A stretch of 64,000 nt of DNA from an uncultured Candidatus Saccharibacteria bacterium (GCA_964360585.1 CAYHXC010000005.1:7947-71946), one strand, 5' to 3'; counted from the stretch's first letter, positions 15,756 to 25,296 are shown. Numbers and translations: made by a program. The notes: a model not told the origin generated them from the letters alone.

Positions 15756-18071
15756 ATGCACAAAAAATATCTCCTTGGACTTTTTGTCGTCGTTGGTCTT
15801 TTCTCAGTTTCGTATGGTGTTTTCGGACAAACGTTTTCTGATCCAGCTTGTCCTCCTCCAGGGTGTAATAGTTACGCCCCAATTAGCGTTGGTCCTACAC
15901 CGCAATTTAAGGCGGGCAATCTTACTATCTATAGCCCCACGGTCACCGGCACGATAGCGAGCGATATTCTCCATGTTCGAGGCGGAGCGTTGATCAATTC
16001 CAGTAATACTCCCAGTGGAAAAGCTTTACTCGTTCCATTCGGTCATATAGGACTTGGGACAGAATCACCTGATCCAGCTTACACTGTTGACATTCGTGGA
16101 AGTCTTGGCTTTGGAGGTAATGTAATACCAAAAATTGAGCTTGGCAAGCCAGACGCTGGTGGGCCAATCCACCGTACAGAAGGATTATTGGGAGTAGCTG
16201 GAAATATTGTTATGAATCCTGGCATCCTCGGGAAGCGTTTTGATATGAGATATTCAGGATTTCTCGGGGGCGGCGAAGGTGGTAGTTTGCAAACGTTTAA
16301 TGGGACTATTACCCAGGGAGATATCAGTATACTGCCCGACCTATCTTTTGGAAAAGCGCCTACTGGAGATGAGGGTAATATTTACATGAAGTCAGGAGCC
16401 AGGCAGGGTAGTGTTATTGTTGGTAATGATGGATTCCAGACCCTTCGCGTGTACGGAGATATTAATGCCACTGCGAAACCAAGCCCTGCTTGGGCGTATA
16501 TCTTAGATCCATACGACGCACCGAACCCGGTGAAAGATGAGAATGTGGCTATTAATCACAACACTCCACTTGCTTCTATTGCCTGGCCGGCGGCGTGGAA
16601 TGGTGCCAATCGGATGACCTGTGACGTTTCAGTGACGAGTACTAACTGTGGGAGTAGCATTCCTGGAACAGCGGGCGGACTGGGATATCGATACGATATC
16701 TATATTAAGGCTGAAGGAGCGGTTGGGACAAATTGTGGAGTTCCTCCTAGCGGCAATTCGAGCTGCACCTTTACTGCTTATGCCTATCGTTACTATCTTG
16801 CTCCCGCGGCAGGAGCACTGGAAGGAGGAAGCATTTTCGGATCAAATCTGTTTGCTGATCGCGGTAGCTTCACAGGAAGCGTGGAAGCAGAGAATCTAAC
16901 TGTTAGTAAGATAGTGCAAGTAGGGGATGCCCTTCGTGTCGGTGGCACCAATGGGATACTACTGAGAGATAATGGTGATGCACAACTTGGAAAAGACTTT
17001 AAAGTCACTTCCTCGACGATAGATATTGCTGGAAAAAATTTAATTGTAGATCGGGGAGATATCCATACTAAGAATCTCTTGGTTAGCAGTGATACGATAA
17101 TCCTAGGAACACTCATTCCAGTGCGAATGTGCTTGGGTGGCGTATGTCACACGTCTTGGCCCACGAGTACAACTCCTGGCCCGGGTCCTGGTCCAGGAGG
17201 CGGAGTTACCGGCACAGGCGCCGTGAATCGCATGGCGGTTTGGACGGGGACTTCAACTGTGGGCCCGTCTAATTTAAGGGAGGCAGGGACTGTTCTTTCA
17301 ACCGGTGGTGTATTTGGAGTGGGGACTAATAGTCCTGAAGTAACTCGAGCACTGACAATTCAGCCACCAGCGGGACAGTTTGGTTGGCTACAACTCAAAG
17401 ATAATACTGGGGCAAATAAGTGGCATATAACGGGATTTGCGAATGGGTTAAATATCTCAGAAACTGGGGTAGCCGATCGTTTCTTCATTGCGGCTGGTGG
17501 TAATATCGGTATCGGAAAAACCAATCCAAATGCAACGCTTGAGGTTAAGGGCGACGTTAAGATTACGAGTACGGGAGCAGATAATGTTGCGTTTCATTTT
17601 GAGCCGAATGCCGGGCGACTCACCGTTGGCAGTCCGACTCAATCCGGTAAAATTTATGTAACGAGAAATAGTATTCCAACCATTCAGATCGATGGTAATA
17701 GTGGCAAAGTAAATGCCGGTCAGTTCTGCGACATTAACGGCAATAACTGCATCACTCCCGGAGGAGCCGGAGGTGGTGGTTTGGGAAACTGGACCACTAT
17801 TGGAAATGGATGGGTCGTTAATAACGCTCCAACCGATGGATTTGTCCTCGTCAGATTCAAGCAAGTGTTTGGTGGCGGTGGTCAAAGCGTTCCTTGTTCC
17901 GCTTCCATTGAAAGCCCAGTTGGCACCGTGAGACAACAAACAGATCTTCCCACGAGTGGAGTCGTACTTACTGATTCTCTTATGGCGCCGATTAAGAAAG
18001 GGGATGGTTGGAAGATGGTGACAACTTGCGCGGGATCGAATGGGTATTACTGGATTCCGATGGGGAACTAA
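15756..18071 (+). CDS. Large secreted Gly/Thr-rich repeat protein (surface, adhesin or fibre-like)
   Basis: Signal peptide MHKKYLLGLFVVVGLFSVSYGVFGQ. The 771-aa protein is Gly-rich with a PGPGPGPGGGVTGTG tract and repetitive beta-rich segments. Confidence 0.55.
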   Translation: MHKKYLLGLFVVVGLFSVSYGVFGQTFSDPACPPPGCNSYAPISVGPTPQFKAGNLTIYSPTVTGTIASDILHVRGGALINSSNTPSGKALLVPFGHIGLGTESPDPAYTVDIRGSLGFGGNVIPKIELGKPDAGGPIHRTEGLLGVAGNIVMNPGILGKRFDMRYSGFLGGGEGGSLQTFNGTITQGDISILPDLSFGKAPTGDEGNIYMKSGARQGSVIVGNDGFQTLRVYGDINATAKPSPAWAYILDPYDAPNPVKDENVAINHNTPLASIAWPAAWNGANRMTCDVSVTSTNCGSSIPGTAGGLGYRYDIYIKAEGAVGTNCGVPPSGNSSCTFTAYAYRYYLAPAAGALEGGSIFGSNLFADRGSFTGSVEAENLTVSKIVQVGDALRVGGTNGILLRDNGDAQLGKDFKVTSSTIDIAGKNLIVDRGDIHTKNLLVSSDTIILGTLIPVRMCLGGVCHTSWPTSTTPGPGPGPGGGVTGTGAVNRMAVWTGTSTVGPSNLREAGTVLSTGGVFGVGTNSPEVTRALTIQPPAGQFGWLQLKDNTGANKWHITGFANGLNISETGVADRFFIAAGGNIGIGKTNPNATLEVKGDVKITSTGADNVAFHFEPNAGRLTVGSPTQSGKIYVTRNSIPTIQIDGNSGKVNAGQFCDINGNNCITPGGAGGGGLGNWTTIGNGWVVNNAPTDGFVLVRFKQVFGGGGQSVPCSASIESPVGTVRQQTDLPTSGVVLTDSLMAPIKKGDGWKMVTTCAGSNGYYWIPMGN

Positions 18072-18103
18072 TCCTTAAATATATATAAGAAATAATTGAC
18101 AAA

Positions 18104-18130
18104 TACCGCCTCGGGCGGTATTGTCTTTTC
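18104..18130 (+). terminator. Rho-independent terminator (ATACCGCC-TCG-GGCGGTAT plus a U-run)
   Basis: GC hairpin followed by TGTCTTTTC, downstream of the large secreted protein gene. Confidence 0.6.
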
Positions 18131-18373
18131 ATCTCCTAAGACCACAGGTTGGCGAAAGCCCTAAGTCGGACTCTGTCCGATCCTGTCGAGGACCATACAT
18201 TAGGGTTTAGGGTATGGGGTATAGTGGGTAGTAACTATCCACTAATCACTATCCACTAATCACTAATTACTGTCCGACCTTGGGAATAAAGGTCGTTTTT
18301 ATTTTGTTCCCAAAACAAAATAAACCCTGCGAAGCTTTGAAGTCGAAGCGAAGTAGGGTAATCAATAATCTAG

Positions 18374-18886
18374 ATGAAAACAAAAGCAAAGAAAGTTGAG
18401 GAGCTGGCGAAGGCCAAGACCTACTTGAAAGATAGTAAGGCCTTGTTGTTCACGAATTTGACCGGCATGCCGGCGGAAAGTTTGCGAAAACTGCGTCGCG
18501 CTATGAGCGAACAAGGAGTTAACTTTTTCGTTCTGAAGAAGCGACTCTTAGGGATTGCCTTGAAAGATAAAGGAATCGACGTCAATCCGAAAGAAAAATT
18601 TTCCGCTTCAGTCGGCACGGCTTTTTCTCCACTCTCGATCCAGGAGGTGAGTGCGATTGCGCACAAGTTCTTGGCGAGCGCCGGCAGTAAGAAAAGCGAA
18701 GAGATGCTCGGTGGTTTCGATCTTGAAACCAGTGAGTACATCTCCGGCGAGGACGTGCAGATGTTGGGTAAATTACCGTCACGCGAGGTCCTTATTGGCC
18801 AGGTGATGGGCGGTATGATCGCTCCGCTTCGTGCTTTCTTGTATATCTTGAGCGAGAAGTCGAAGCAGGCAGCCCCCACACCATAA
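18374..18886 (+). CDS. rplJ: 50S ribosomal protein L10
   Basis: MKTKAKKVEELAKAKTYLKDSKALLFTNLTGMPAESLRKLRRAMSEQGVNFFVLKKRLL. Confidence 0.9.
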   Translation: MKTKAKKVEELAKAKTYLKDSKALLFTNLTGMPAESLRKLRRAMSEQGVNFFVLKKRLLGIALKDKGIDVNPKEKFSASVGTAFSPLSIQEVSAIAHKFLASAGSKKSEEMLGGFDLETSEYISGEDVQMLGKLPSREVLIGQVMGGMIAPLRAFLYILSEKSKQAAPTP

Positions 18887-18895
18887 CGAGTTTTT

Positions 18896-19153
18896 ATGTT
18901 CTACATGTATATCTTGAAAAGTTTGAAAGATGATAAGTTATACATCGGATACACCGGAAACTTAAAAAGAAGGTTTAGCGAACATAATGGTGGGCTGGTG
19001 CAATCAACGAGGACTAGAAAACCGTTCAAGTTGATTTACTACGAAGCGTATAACAATGCTCAGGAGGCAAAAAGAAGAGAAGGGAATCTGAAGTTAAGAG
19101 CAAAAGCATTACGACAACTCCTCATTAGAATAGAGAAATCGGTTAATTCCTAA
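18896..19153 (+). CDS. GIY-YIG nuclease-family small protein inserted between rplJ and rplL
   Basis: MFYMYILKSLKDDKLYIGYTGNLKRRFSEHNGG, a canonical GIY-YIG domain. Confidence 0.7.
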   Translation: MFYMYILKSLKDDKLYIGYTGNLKRRFSEHNGGLVQSTRTRKPFKLIYYEAYNNAQEAKRREGNLKLRAKALRQLLIRIEKSVNS

Positions 19154-19198
19154 ACTCGTTTGGTGTGGGGGAGGTCGAAACTAATAAACTAAAACAAC

Positions 19199-19564
19199 AT
19201 GTCTAAATTAGAAACATTAATTACAGAGATCGAAGGTCTTTCTGTTAAAGAACTGGCCGAGATCGTGAAGTTGATGGAAGAGAAGTTTGGTATTACCGCC
19301 GGCGTGCCGATGGCGGCTGGTGGTGGAGGTGGTGCCGCTCCTGCTGAAGAAAAGACCACCTTTAACCTTGTTCTGAAGGCTGCTGGCGACCAGAAAGTTG
19401 GCGTCATCAAGGTAGTCAAAGAACTGACAGGTTTGGGCTTGAAAGAAGCCAAAGACCTCGTAGATGGCGCTCCGAAGCCGATTAAAGAAGGCTTGAAGAA
19501 GGAGGAGGCCGAAGAGATGAAAAAGCAGCTCGAAGCGGTTGGCGCAACCGTAGAGTTAGCCTAG
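19199..19564 (+). CDS. rplL: 50S ribosomal protein L7/L12
   Basis: N-terminal dimerisation helix, an A/G-rich hinge ([13 protein letters not shown]), and a C-terminal [29 protein letters not shown]. Confidence 0.9.
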   Translation: MSKLETLITEIEGLSVKELAEIVKLMEEKFGITAGVPMAAGGGGGAAPAEEKTTFNLVLKAAGDQKVGVIKVVKELTGLGLKEAKDLVDGAPKPIKEGLKKEEAEEMKKQLEAVGATVELA

Positions 19565-19611
19565 TCAAACTCCCAGACTCGAAAGCAATTTCAAGGTTGG
19601 AATTCAACAAA

Positions 19612-19650
19612 AACCACTGCGGATTGAACCCAGTGGTTTTTTGTTTTATA
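19612..19650 (+). terminator. Rho-independent terminator after rplL
   Basis: AAAAACCACTGCGGATTGAACCCAGTGGTTTTTTGTTTT. Confidence 0.65.
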
Positions 19651-19676
19651 TTTAGGCGTTATCGTTAAAGACGTTA

Positions 19677-19748
19677 GGGCGGTTAGCTCAGGGGTAGAGC
19701 ACTGCATTCACATTGCAGGGGCCACAGGTTCGAAACCTGTACCGCCCA
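19677..19748 (+). tRNA. tRNA-Val (anticodon CAC)
   Basis: Acceptor GGGCGGT/ACCGCCC, anticodon arm CTGCA-TTCACAT-TGCAG, T-arm ACAGG-TTCGAAA-CCTGT. Confidence 0.75.
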
Positions 19749-20111
19749 CAAAAGATAGTCCATATTCGCCTCGATTCGATCGAGTCGAGGCAGGTCGGAG
19801 AGGCCATAGGTCCGATCCCTATATACCCACTAAAATTTTTAGTGGGGAATTATGAAATTTCCCATATCTGCACGAACTGTGCATATCTCGGAAAGAGGCC
19901 TCGAAAAACCCTTTAAAATAGAGGGTTTTCATTTATTCACGGAAAAATCACGGGTTTTGACATATATATAAAGTGGTTTAAAATTACATAGAAGTGGTGA
20001 ATTGTGGATAACTATGGGGATAAAGCCCCCTTTCTGTGCAGAACTTTCCAAATTCATGAGGTTTTGAGTTATTAGTTATTAGTTATTAGTTATTAGTTAG
20101 AAGTCACTTTT

Positions 20112-20543
20112 ATGCTCCTAGGCGAATACCGACACAACTTAGACGTCAAAGGTCGAGTAGCCATACCGGCTAAGTTTCGCGAGAAACTTGCAACCGGGGC
20201 TATTGTCACCCGTGGTTTAGATAATTGTTTGTTTTTGTTCGCCGAGGCCGAGTGGAAAGCGTTGGCCGAAAAACTCGTTGCCTTGCCGTTAGCTCAGGCC
20301 AACTCCCGCGCTTTCGTTCGACTTATGCTCTCGGGAGCGATGGATGTGGAGTTCGATAATCAGGGACGCCTGCTCATTCCGGACTACTTGCGAAAGTACG
20401 CTGGCTTGGGCAAGGAGGTGGTGGTAGCCGGTCTCTACAATCGTATTGAACTGTGGGACGCGGCGACCTGGGAGCGCTATAAGCAAAAGACTGAAGGCGC
20501 TTCTGAGGAGATTGCGGAAAAATTAGGGGAGCTTGGAATATAG
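20112..20543 (+). CDS. mraZ: Transcriptional regulator MraZ
   Basis: MLLGEYRHNLDVKGRVAIPAKFREKL, a tandem SpoVT/AbrB-like MraZ fold. Confidence 0.85.
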   Translation: MLLGEYRHNLDVKGRVAIPAKFREKLATGAIVTRGLDNCLFLFAEAEWKALAEKLVALPLAQANSRAFVRLMLSGAMDVEFDNQGRLLIPDYLRKYAGLGKEVVVAGLYNRIELWDAATWERYKQKTEGASEEIAEKLGELGI

Positions 20544-20644
20544 AAATGCAAAAATTAAAAATCAAAATGAAAAGTTACTGTTGTTCCAGCGTGCTGGAAC
20601 TTCCTCAATTTTTAACTTTGATATTTGCATTTTGAACTATTCCC

Positions 20645-21529
20645 ATGCATACCCCCGTTCTTTTACAGGAAGTCCTCAAATATCTTGATCCCGAGCCCGG
20701 CGATTTTGTAATTGATGGCACTGCCGATGGCGGTGGTCACGCCGAGGCGATTCTCGCAAAAATCGGATCTCGCGGCACACTCTTAGCACTTGATTGGGAC
20801 AAAAGCATTCTCGATGAATGCAAAAAACGATTACACCGTCCCAAGAATGTTGTTTTCGTAAACGCCAATTACCGCGATATTCCCGAGATACTCACAAAAA
20901 AGAAATTAGGAAAAGCTGACGGGTTGCTTCTCGATCTTGGCTTTTCCTCTCTGCAGATCGAAGGGTTGGGACGAGGATTTAGTTTTAAGAAAGAACTTGG
21001 GAGTGAACCGCTACTCATGACCTATAGCGGCGAGACGGAACCAGTTTGGAAGATCTTGAAGAGTATCAAAGAAGACGATCTCGCTCGAATCATTCGTGAG
21101 CTGGGCGGTGAACGCTTGGCGGGAAGGATCGCTCGCGTCATCAAAGAACGGACACGGAAGAGAACGATTGAGACGAGTGGCGAGTTGGCCGATCTCATTC
21201 GCGGTGTGCTACCGAAGTTTTATGAACGAGGTCGGATCGATCCGGCAACAAGAACCTTCCAGGCTTTGCGGATATACGCCAATAAAGAACTCGAGAATGT
21301 TGAAGCGATTGTGGCCAGTTTGCCGGAAGTAATGGAAGAAGGCGGACGAGTGGTAATTCTCACCTTCCATTCTTTAGAGGACAGAATCGTGAAACATGCT
21401 TTCCGGAAGTTAGAGAAGGATGGACCGTTTAAAATTTTAACAAAAAAACCGATAGAACCCAGTCGAGAAGAAATTATAAATAATACACGTAGCCGATCGG
21501 CGAAACTTCGAGCAATCGAACGAACGTAG
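20645..21529 (+). CDS. rsmH: 16S rRNA (cytosine1402-N4)-methyltransferase RsmH/MraW
   Basis: MHTPVLLQEVLKYLDPEPGDFVIDGTADGGGHAEAIL...DLGFSS. Confidence 0.9.
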   Translation: MHTPVLLQEVLKYLDPEPGDFVIDGTADGGGHAEAILAKIGSRGTLLALDWDKSILDECKKRLHRPKNVVFVNANYRDIPEILTKKKLGKADGLLLDLGFSSLQIEGLGRGFSFKKELGSEPLLMTYSGETEPVWKILKSIKEDDLARIIRELGGERLAGRIARVIKERTRKRTIETSGELADLIRGVLPKFYERGRIDPATRTFQALRIYANKELENVEAIVASLPEVMEEGGRVVILTFHSLEDRIVKHAFRKLEKDGPFKILTKKPIEPSREEIINNTRSRSAKLRAIERT

Positions 21530-21697
21530 AACTTATCTTAAAAATTGCTTCCGAGTCAGATGAAGAAGATTTCGAGCGTAAGGCATCTTCTCCTGACGAA
21601 GGAATAGCAGAGCTATTTCAAGGAAGGAAAGATGAGTTGCAACCGAAAGCTGAATGAGATGACCGGAATGAATTTTTAAGATAAGTTCCAAAAGACA

Positions 21698-22012
21698 ATG
21701 ACCTATATCCAATCCAACACCACCAACTTTGCCTACCGTTTCGCCGTGATTTTTTTGATATCCACTATTGTATTAGTCGCTGTTTACCTTATTATGATAT
21801 ACAGTCACACAGTTAGTCTCGCGAATGAAATTAAGAAAACAAAATTGGCGCTTAAAACGACGATGACAGAAAGCGCCGAAGCGCAGAGCGAGATTTTTAA
21901 GAGTGCCACTGATACATTTTTGCGGTCAAAGGCCAGCGAACTTGGCCTGGTAGAGGAAAAAAATCCAACTTACTTCGAGCTTCAGAAGCAATGGCTGTTC
22001 GCTTCTCAATAA
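21698..22012 (+). CDS. ftsL: FtsL-like cell division protein (single TM)
   Basis: Small bitopic coiled-coil protein lying between rsmH and ftsI, overlapping the ftsI start. Confidence 0.5.
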   Translation: MTYIQSNTTNFAYRFAVIFLISTIVLVAVYLIMIYSHTVSLANEIKKTKLALKTTMTESAEAQSEIFKSATDTFLRSKASELGLVEEKNPTYFELQKQWLFASQ

Positions 22013-23637
22013 TTCTGGTTTTTATTTTTGGCGCGTATGCGCTTCTTGTTTTTAATCTCTATAACTTACAGATAGTCGGGGGCAAAGGGTATATTGCCCG
22101 CGCTGACTCTCAAGCGGCTGGCCTTGATTGGCAAGTTGGCCGGAGGGGTAGCATTTTTTTTACTGATCGGAATGGAAATTTGATGCAGATGGCCGCCATA
22201 AAGGATGTGCCGTTTGTTTTCGCTGTTCCGAAGGATATGGATGACGTGGCCGAGACGGTCCATCAGTTGGTTGCGGTCACTGGTCAGGATCCGAACGAGA
22301 TCATTACTTCTTTAAAAGGCAAAAAACAAGTGGCTTTAGAGAAAAAAGCCTCGGCCGATCTTGTCGAAAAAATCGATGATCTGAAACTCAAAGGAATTTA
22401 TACGAGTGTGAAGCCGACCCGATCGTATCCCTTGAGCTCACTCGCCGCCCATCTTTTAGGTTTTGTCAGTCCCGATAGCGAAGGGGTGGGGGAGAGCGGC
22501 CGGTACGGTGTTGAAAAATTTTACGACAATGAGCTGAAGGGCAGTTCCTCGACGACGAAGAGTGGCGGCTGGAATCAGGGCGAGGACCTCTATCTCACCA
22601 TTGAGCCGAATGTTCAGAAAGAAGCGGAACGAATTTTGAACGATATCGTTAATCGGTTTCAAGCTGTCAGCGGCTTGGCGATTGTTCAAGAACCAAAGAC
22701 CGGAAAGATTTTAGCCTTAGCCGGCGAGCCGACCTTTGATCCCAACAAATATCAGGAAAGCGATTTGAGTACATTTTTGAATCCGGCGACGCAAAAAATC
22801 TATGAGCCCGGTTCGATCTTTAAAGTTTTGACGATGGCGGCTGGTATCGATGCCGGTAAAATTACACCGCAAACAACGTATGTTGATAAAGGAAAGTTAA
22901 CCTTAAATGGCCGGACGGTCAGCAACTGGGACTATAAGACGCACGGCGCCTACGGCAAGATCACTATGACGGACGTGATTGAGAACTCGATTAACACCGG
23001 CGCAATTTTTGCCGAAAAAACGACCGGTCACAAAGTTTTCACGGACTACATGAAAAAATTCGGTTTGGATGAAGAAACGGGCGTGGAGTTGCCCGGCGAG
23101 CTTTCCGGAAATTTAAAGCGATTAAATAGCAAGGAGCCGGATGTCGCTTTTGCCACCGCCTCGTACGGTCAGGGTGTGGCGGTAACGCCTGTCGGACTTT
23201 TGAGCGCCGTTGGAGTATTAGCGAACAAAGGCCTCCTCATGCGGCCGTATGTGAACGCCGAAAGCACTGCAACTGTCGTGCGTCGCGTTGTTTCCGAAAA
23301 AACGGCCAAGCAGGTGACGGATATGATGGTCTCGGCTGTAAAGTTGAACAAAGTGGCGCACATTCCGGGCTACTCTATTGCCGGAAAAACTGGTACGGCC
23401 TTTATCCCTGACTTTAATCATGGTGGTTACACGACCGAAGTCTTCAATACGTACATCGGTTATGGTCCAACCAGCGATCCCAAATTCATCATTCTTTTCC
23501 GTTTAGAAAAACCGGTTGGCGCGCCGCTCGCGGGAACGAGCGTGGTGCCGGCTTTCCGGGAGATGGCGCAATTTATGATTAACTACTATGATATCCCTCC
23601 GGATCATCCGGAAGAAACGAAGAAAGCCACACTGTAA
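21991..23637 (+). CDS. ftsI: Penicillin-binding protein / peptidoglycan D,D-transpeptidase FtsI
   Basis: N-terminal TM, then the transpeptidase motifs SIFK (SxxK), SIN (SxN) and KTGTA. Confidence 0.85.
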   Translation: MAVRFSIILVFIFGAYALLVFNLYNLQIVGGKGYIARADSQAAGLDWQVGRRGSIFFTDRNGNLMQMAAIKDVPFVFAVPKDMDDVAETVHQLVAVTGQDPNEIITSLKGKKQVALEKKASADLVEKIDDLKLKGIYTSVKPTRSYPLSSLAAHLLGFVSPDSEGVGESGRYGVEKFYDNELKGSSSTTKSGGWNQGEDLYLTIEPNVQKEAERILNDIVNRFQAVSGLAIVQEPKTGKILALAGEPTFDPNKYQESDLSTFLNPATQKIYEPGSIFKVLTMAAGIDAGKITPQTTYVDKGKLTLNGRTVSNWDYKTHGAYGKITMTDVIENSINTGAIFAEKTTGHKVFTDYMKKFGLDEETGVELPGELSGNLKRLNSKEPDVAFATASYGQGVAVTPVGLLSAVGVLANKGLLMRPYVNAESTATVVRRVVSEKTAKQVTDMMVSAVKLNKVAHIPGYSIAGKTGTAFIPDFNHGGYTTEVFNTYIGYGPTSDPKFIILFRLEKPVGAPLAGTSVVPAFREMAQFMINYYDIPPDHPEETKKATL

Positions 23638-23769
23638 TCCCTCACCCAATGAGAAAAATAGCTTGACCATGAATTTTCCACATAAACACACAGCCTTCTT
23701 TCATAAAAAGTCGTTTTTAATAAGAGACAAAGTCGTTGCAAGACGGCTGTTTCTCATTGGGTGAGGGAT
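23637..23769 (+). repeat. SD/AUG-sequestering inverted-repeat element, copy 1 (arms ATCCCTCACCCAATGAGAAA / TTTCTCATTGGGTGAGGGAT)
   Basis: 20-bp perfectly complementary arms separated by a ~93-nt loop. The 5' arm overlaps the ftsI stop. The 3' arm ends in GGTGAGGG-ATG, which opens only a 5-codon ORF (MNPRT). Confidence 0.7.
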
Positions 23770-23771
23770 GA

Positions 23772-23900
23772 ATCCCCGCACCTAACGAGAAAAGTGAGAT
23801 GAAATATCAATAATTATACATACAACAATGACAATAAAAGAGGCGAAGATTACATCGAGATTTTGCCGCTTTGCGGCGATTTCTCATTAGGTGAGGGGAT
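23772..23900 (+). repeat. SD/AUG-sequestering inverted-repeat element, copy 2 (the 3' arm supplies the SD and ATG of murF)
   Basis: Arms ATCCCCGCACCTAACGAGAAA / TTTCTCATTAGGTGAGGGGAT. The ATG at 23899 is the murF start. Confidence 0.7.
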
Positions 23901-25128
23901 GAAACCACAAGCCAAATACCTCCTTGAACGTATCCTTAAATACCTGGCCAAAGCGACACTGTGGCGGTATCGACCAGCCATTGTTGGCATTACCGGCAGT
24001 GTTGGCAAGACCTCGACCAAAGAAGCGATCGGAGCCGTCTTAAAGAGCGAGCGAAAAGTGCGCGTGGCTTCCAAGAATTTCAATAACGAGATCGGCCTGC
24101 CACTCACGATTCTGAGTTCGGAAACCGCCATAACCGGTGCGGGATTTTGGGTACGAGTTATTCTCCGGGCAATCTGGAATATTATTCGGAAAACGGACTA
24201 TCCCGAAATTTTGGTTTTGGAGTTTGGGATCGATCGTCCTGGCGATATGCGCTATCTCCTCGAGATCGCCCGACCGAATGTTGGGGTAGTCACGGCGATT
24301 GGTGAGATTCCGGTTCACGTCGAGTACTTCTCCGGGCCGGAAGAAGTGGCTCGAGAAAAGGCTCGTTTGATTGAACAATTGCCGGCCGGCGGATTTGCCA
24401 TCCTGAATTACGATAGCCACATCGTCATGGGTTTGAAAGATCGAACGCGCGCGCATCGGATGAGCTACGGCTTCCATCGTGATGCCGAAGTACGAATCTC
24501 GAATTTCGCCACCAGAATTGAAGAGGGTAATCCGGTGGGAACGAGTTTCAAGCTTGAGTATGCCGGAAATTTTGTTCCGGTTCGTCTCGATCATGTTTTT
24601 GGCCGGGCACAAGCGTACGCCGCCGCCGCGGGTGCTTCCGTCGGATTGATTTTCGGTTTGAACTTGGTTACTATCTCCGAAGCTTTGAAGGATTACCGAC
24701 CACCAGAACATCGTTTTCAGTTGTTGCGCGGCTTGAAAGATACGATCGTAATTGATGATGCCTATAACGCCAGCCCACTTTCGGTTCATGCCGCACTCGA
24801 CACCTTGAAAGATTTGGAGGGTAAGCGAAAAATTGCGATTTTGGGTGACATGCGCGAGATCGGATCATTCGCCGCCGAAGCCCACCAGGACATTGGTCGA
24901 GTGGCGGGGGAGATTGCCGATATTTTAGTCGGCATCGGTCCGAACGCGCGGCATATCGCCGACGGTGCAATCGAAACCGGACTTTCGAAAAAGAATATCC
25001 GTCTTTTCGAAACTGCCGACCAAGCAATTCTCTCGATCCAGGAGCTGATCAAAAAAGGAGATATTATTCTCGTCAAAGCGTCGCACAGTATTGGTTTGGA
25101 AAAAGTAGTAGAAAGTATCAAAGCATAG
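23899..25128 (+). CDS. murF: UDP-N-acetylmuramoyl-tripeptide--D-alanyl-D-alanine ligase
   Basis: Mur ligase P-loop IVGITGSVGKTSTKEAIGAVL with middle and C-terminal Mur ligase domains. Start set at the ATG embedded in the repeat's 3' arm (MKPQAKYL). Confidence 0.85.
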   Translation: MKPQAKYLLERILKYLAKATLWRYRPAIVGITGSVGKTSTKEAIGAVLKSERKVRVASKNFNNEIGLPLTILSSETAITGAGFWVRVILRAIWNIIRKTDYPEILVLEFGIDRPGDMRYLLEIARPNVGVVTAIGEIPVHVEYFSGPEEVAREKARLIEQLPAGGFAILNYDSHIVMGLKDRTRAHRMSYGFHRDAEVRISNFATRIEEGNPVGTSFKLEYAGNFVPVRLDHVFGRAQAYAAAAGASVGLIFGLNLVTISEALKDYRPPEHRFQLLRGLKDTIVIDDAYNASPLSVHAALDTLKDLEGKRKIAILGDMREIGSFAAEAHQDIGRVAGEIADILVGIGPNARHIADGAIETGLSKKNIRLFETADQAILSIQELIKKGDIILVKASHSIGLEKVVESIKA

Positions 25129-25224
25129 GAAATGGCGCCACCCGCCGTAGGCGGGTAAATCGTCCCCGCCCTCCTTCGGAGGGTAACGGCTTCCGCCGGA
25201 GGCGGACGAGAGGACAGCGAATAT

Positions 25225-25296
25225 GGCCTCATCGTCTAACGGCTAGGACAGTGCCCTCTCACGGCACAAATCGGGGTTCGATTCCCCGTGGGGCTA
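25225..25296 (+). tRNA. tRNA-Glu (anticodon CUC)
   Basis: TCGTCTAACGGCTAGGAC D-arm typical of tRNA-Glu, anticodon arm GTGCC-CTCTCAC-GGCAC, T-arm CGGGG-TTCGATT-CCCCG. The acceptor has G-U wobble pairs, so the exact ends are uncertain. Confidence 0.65.
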
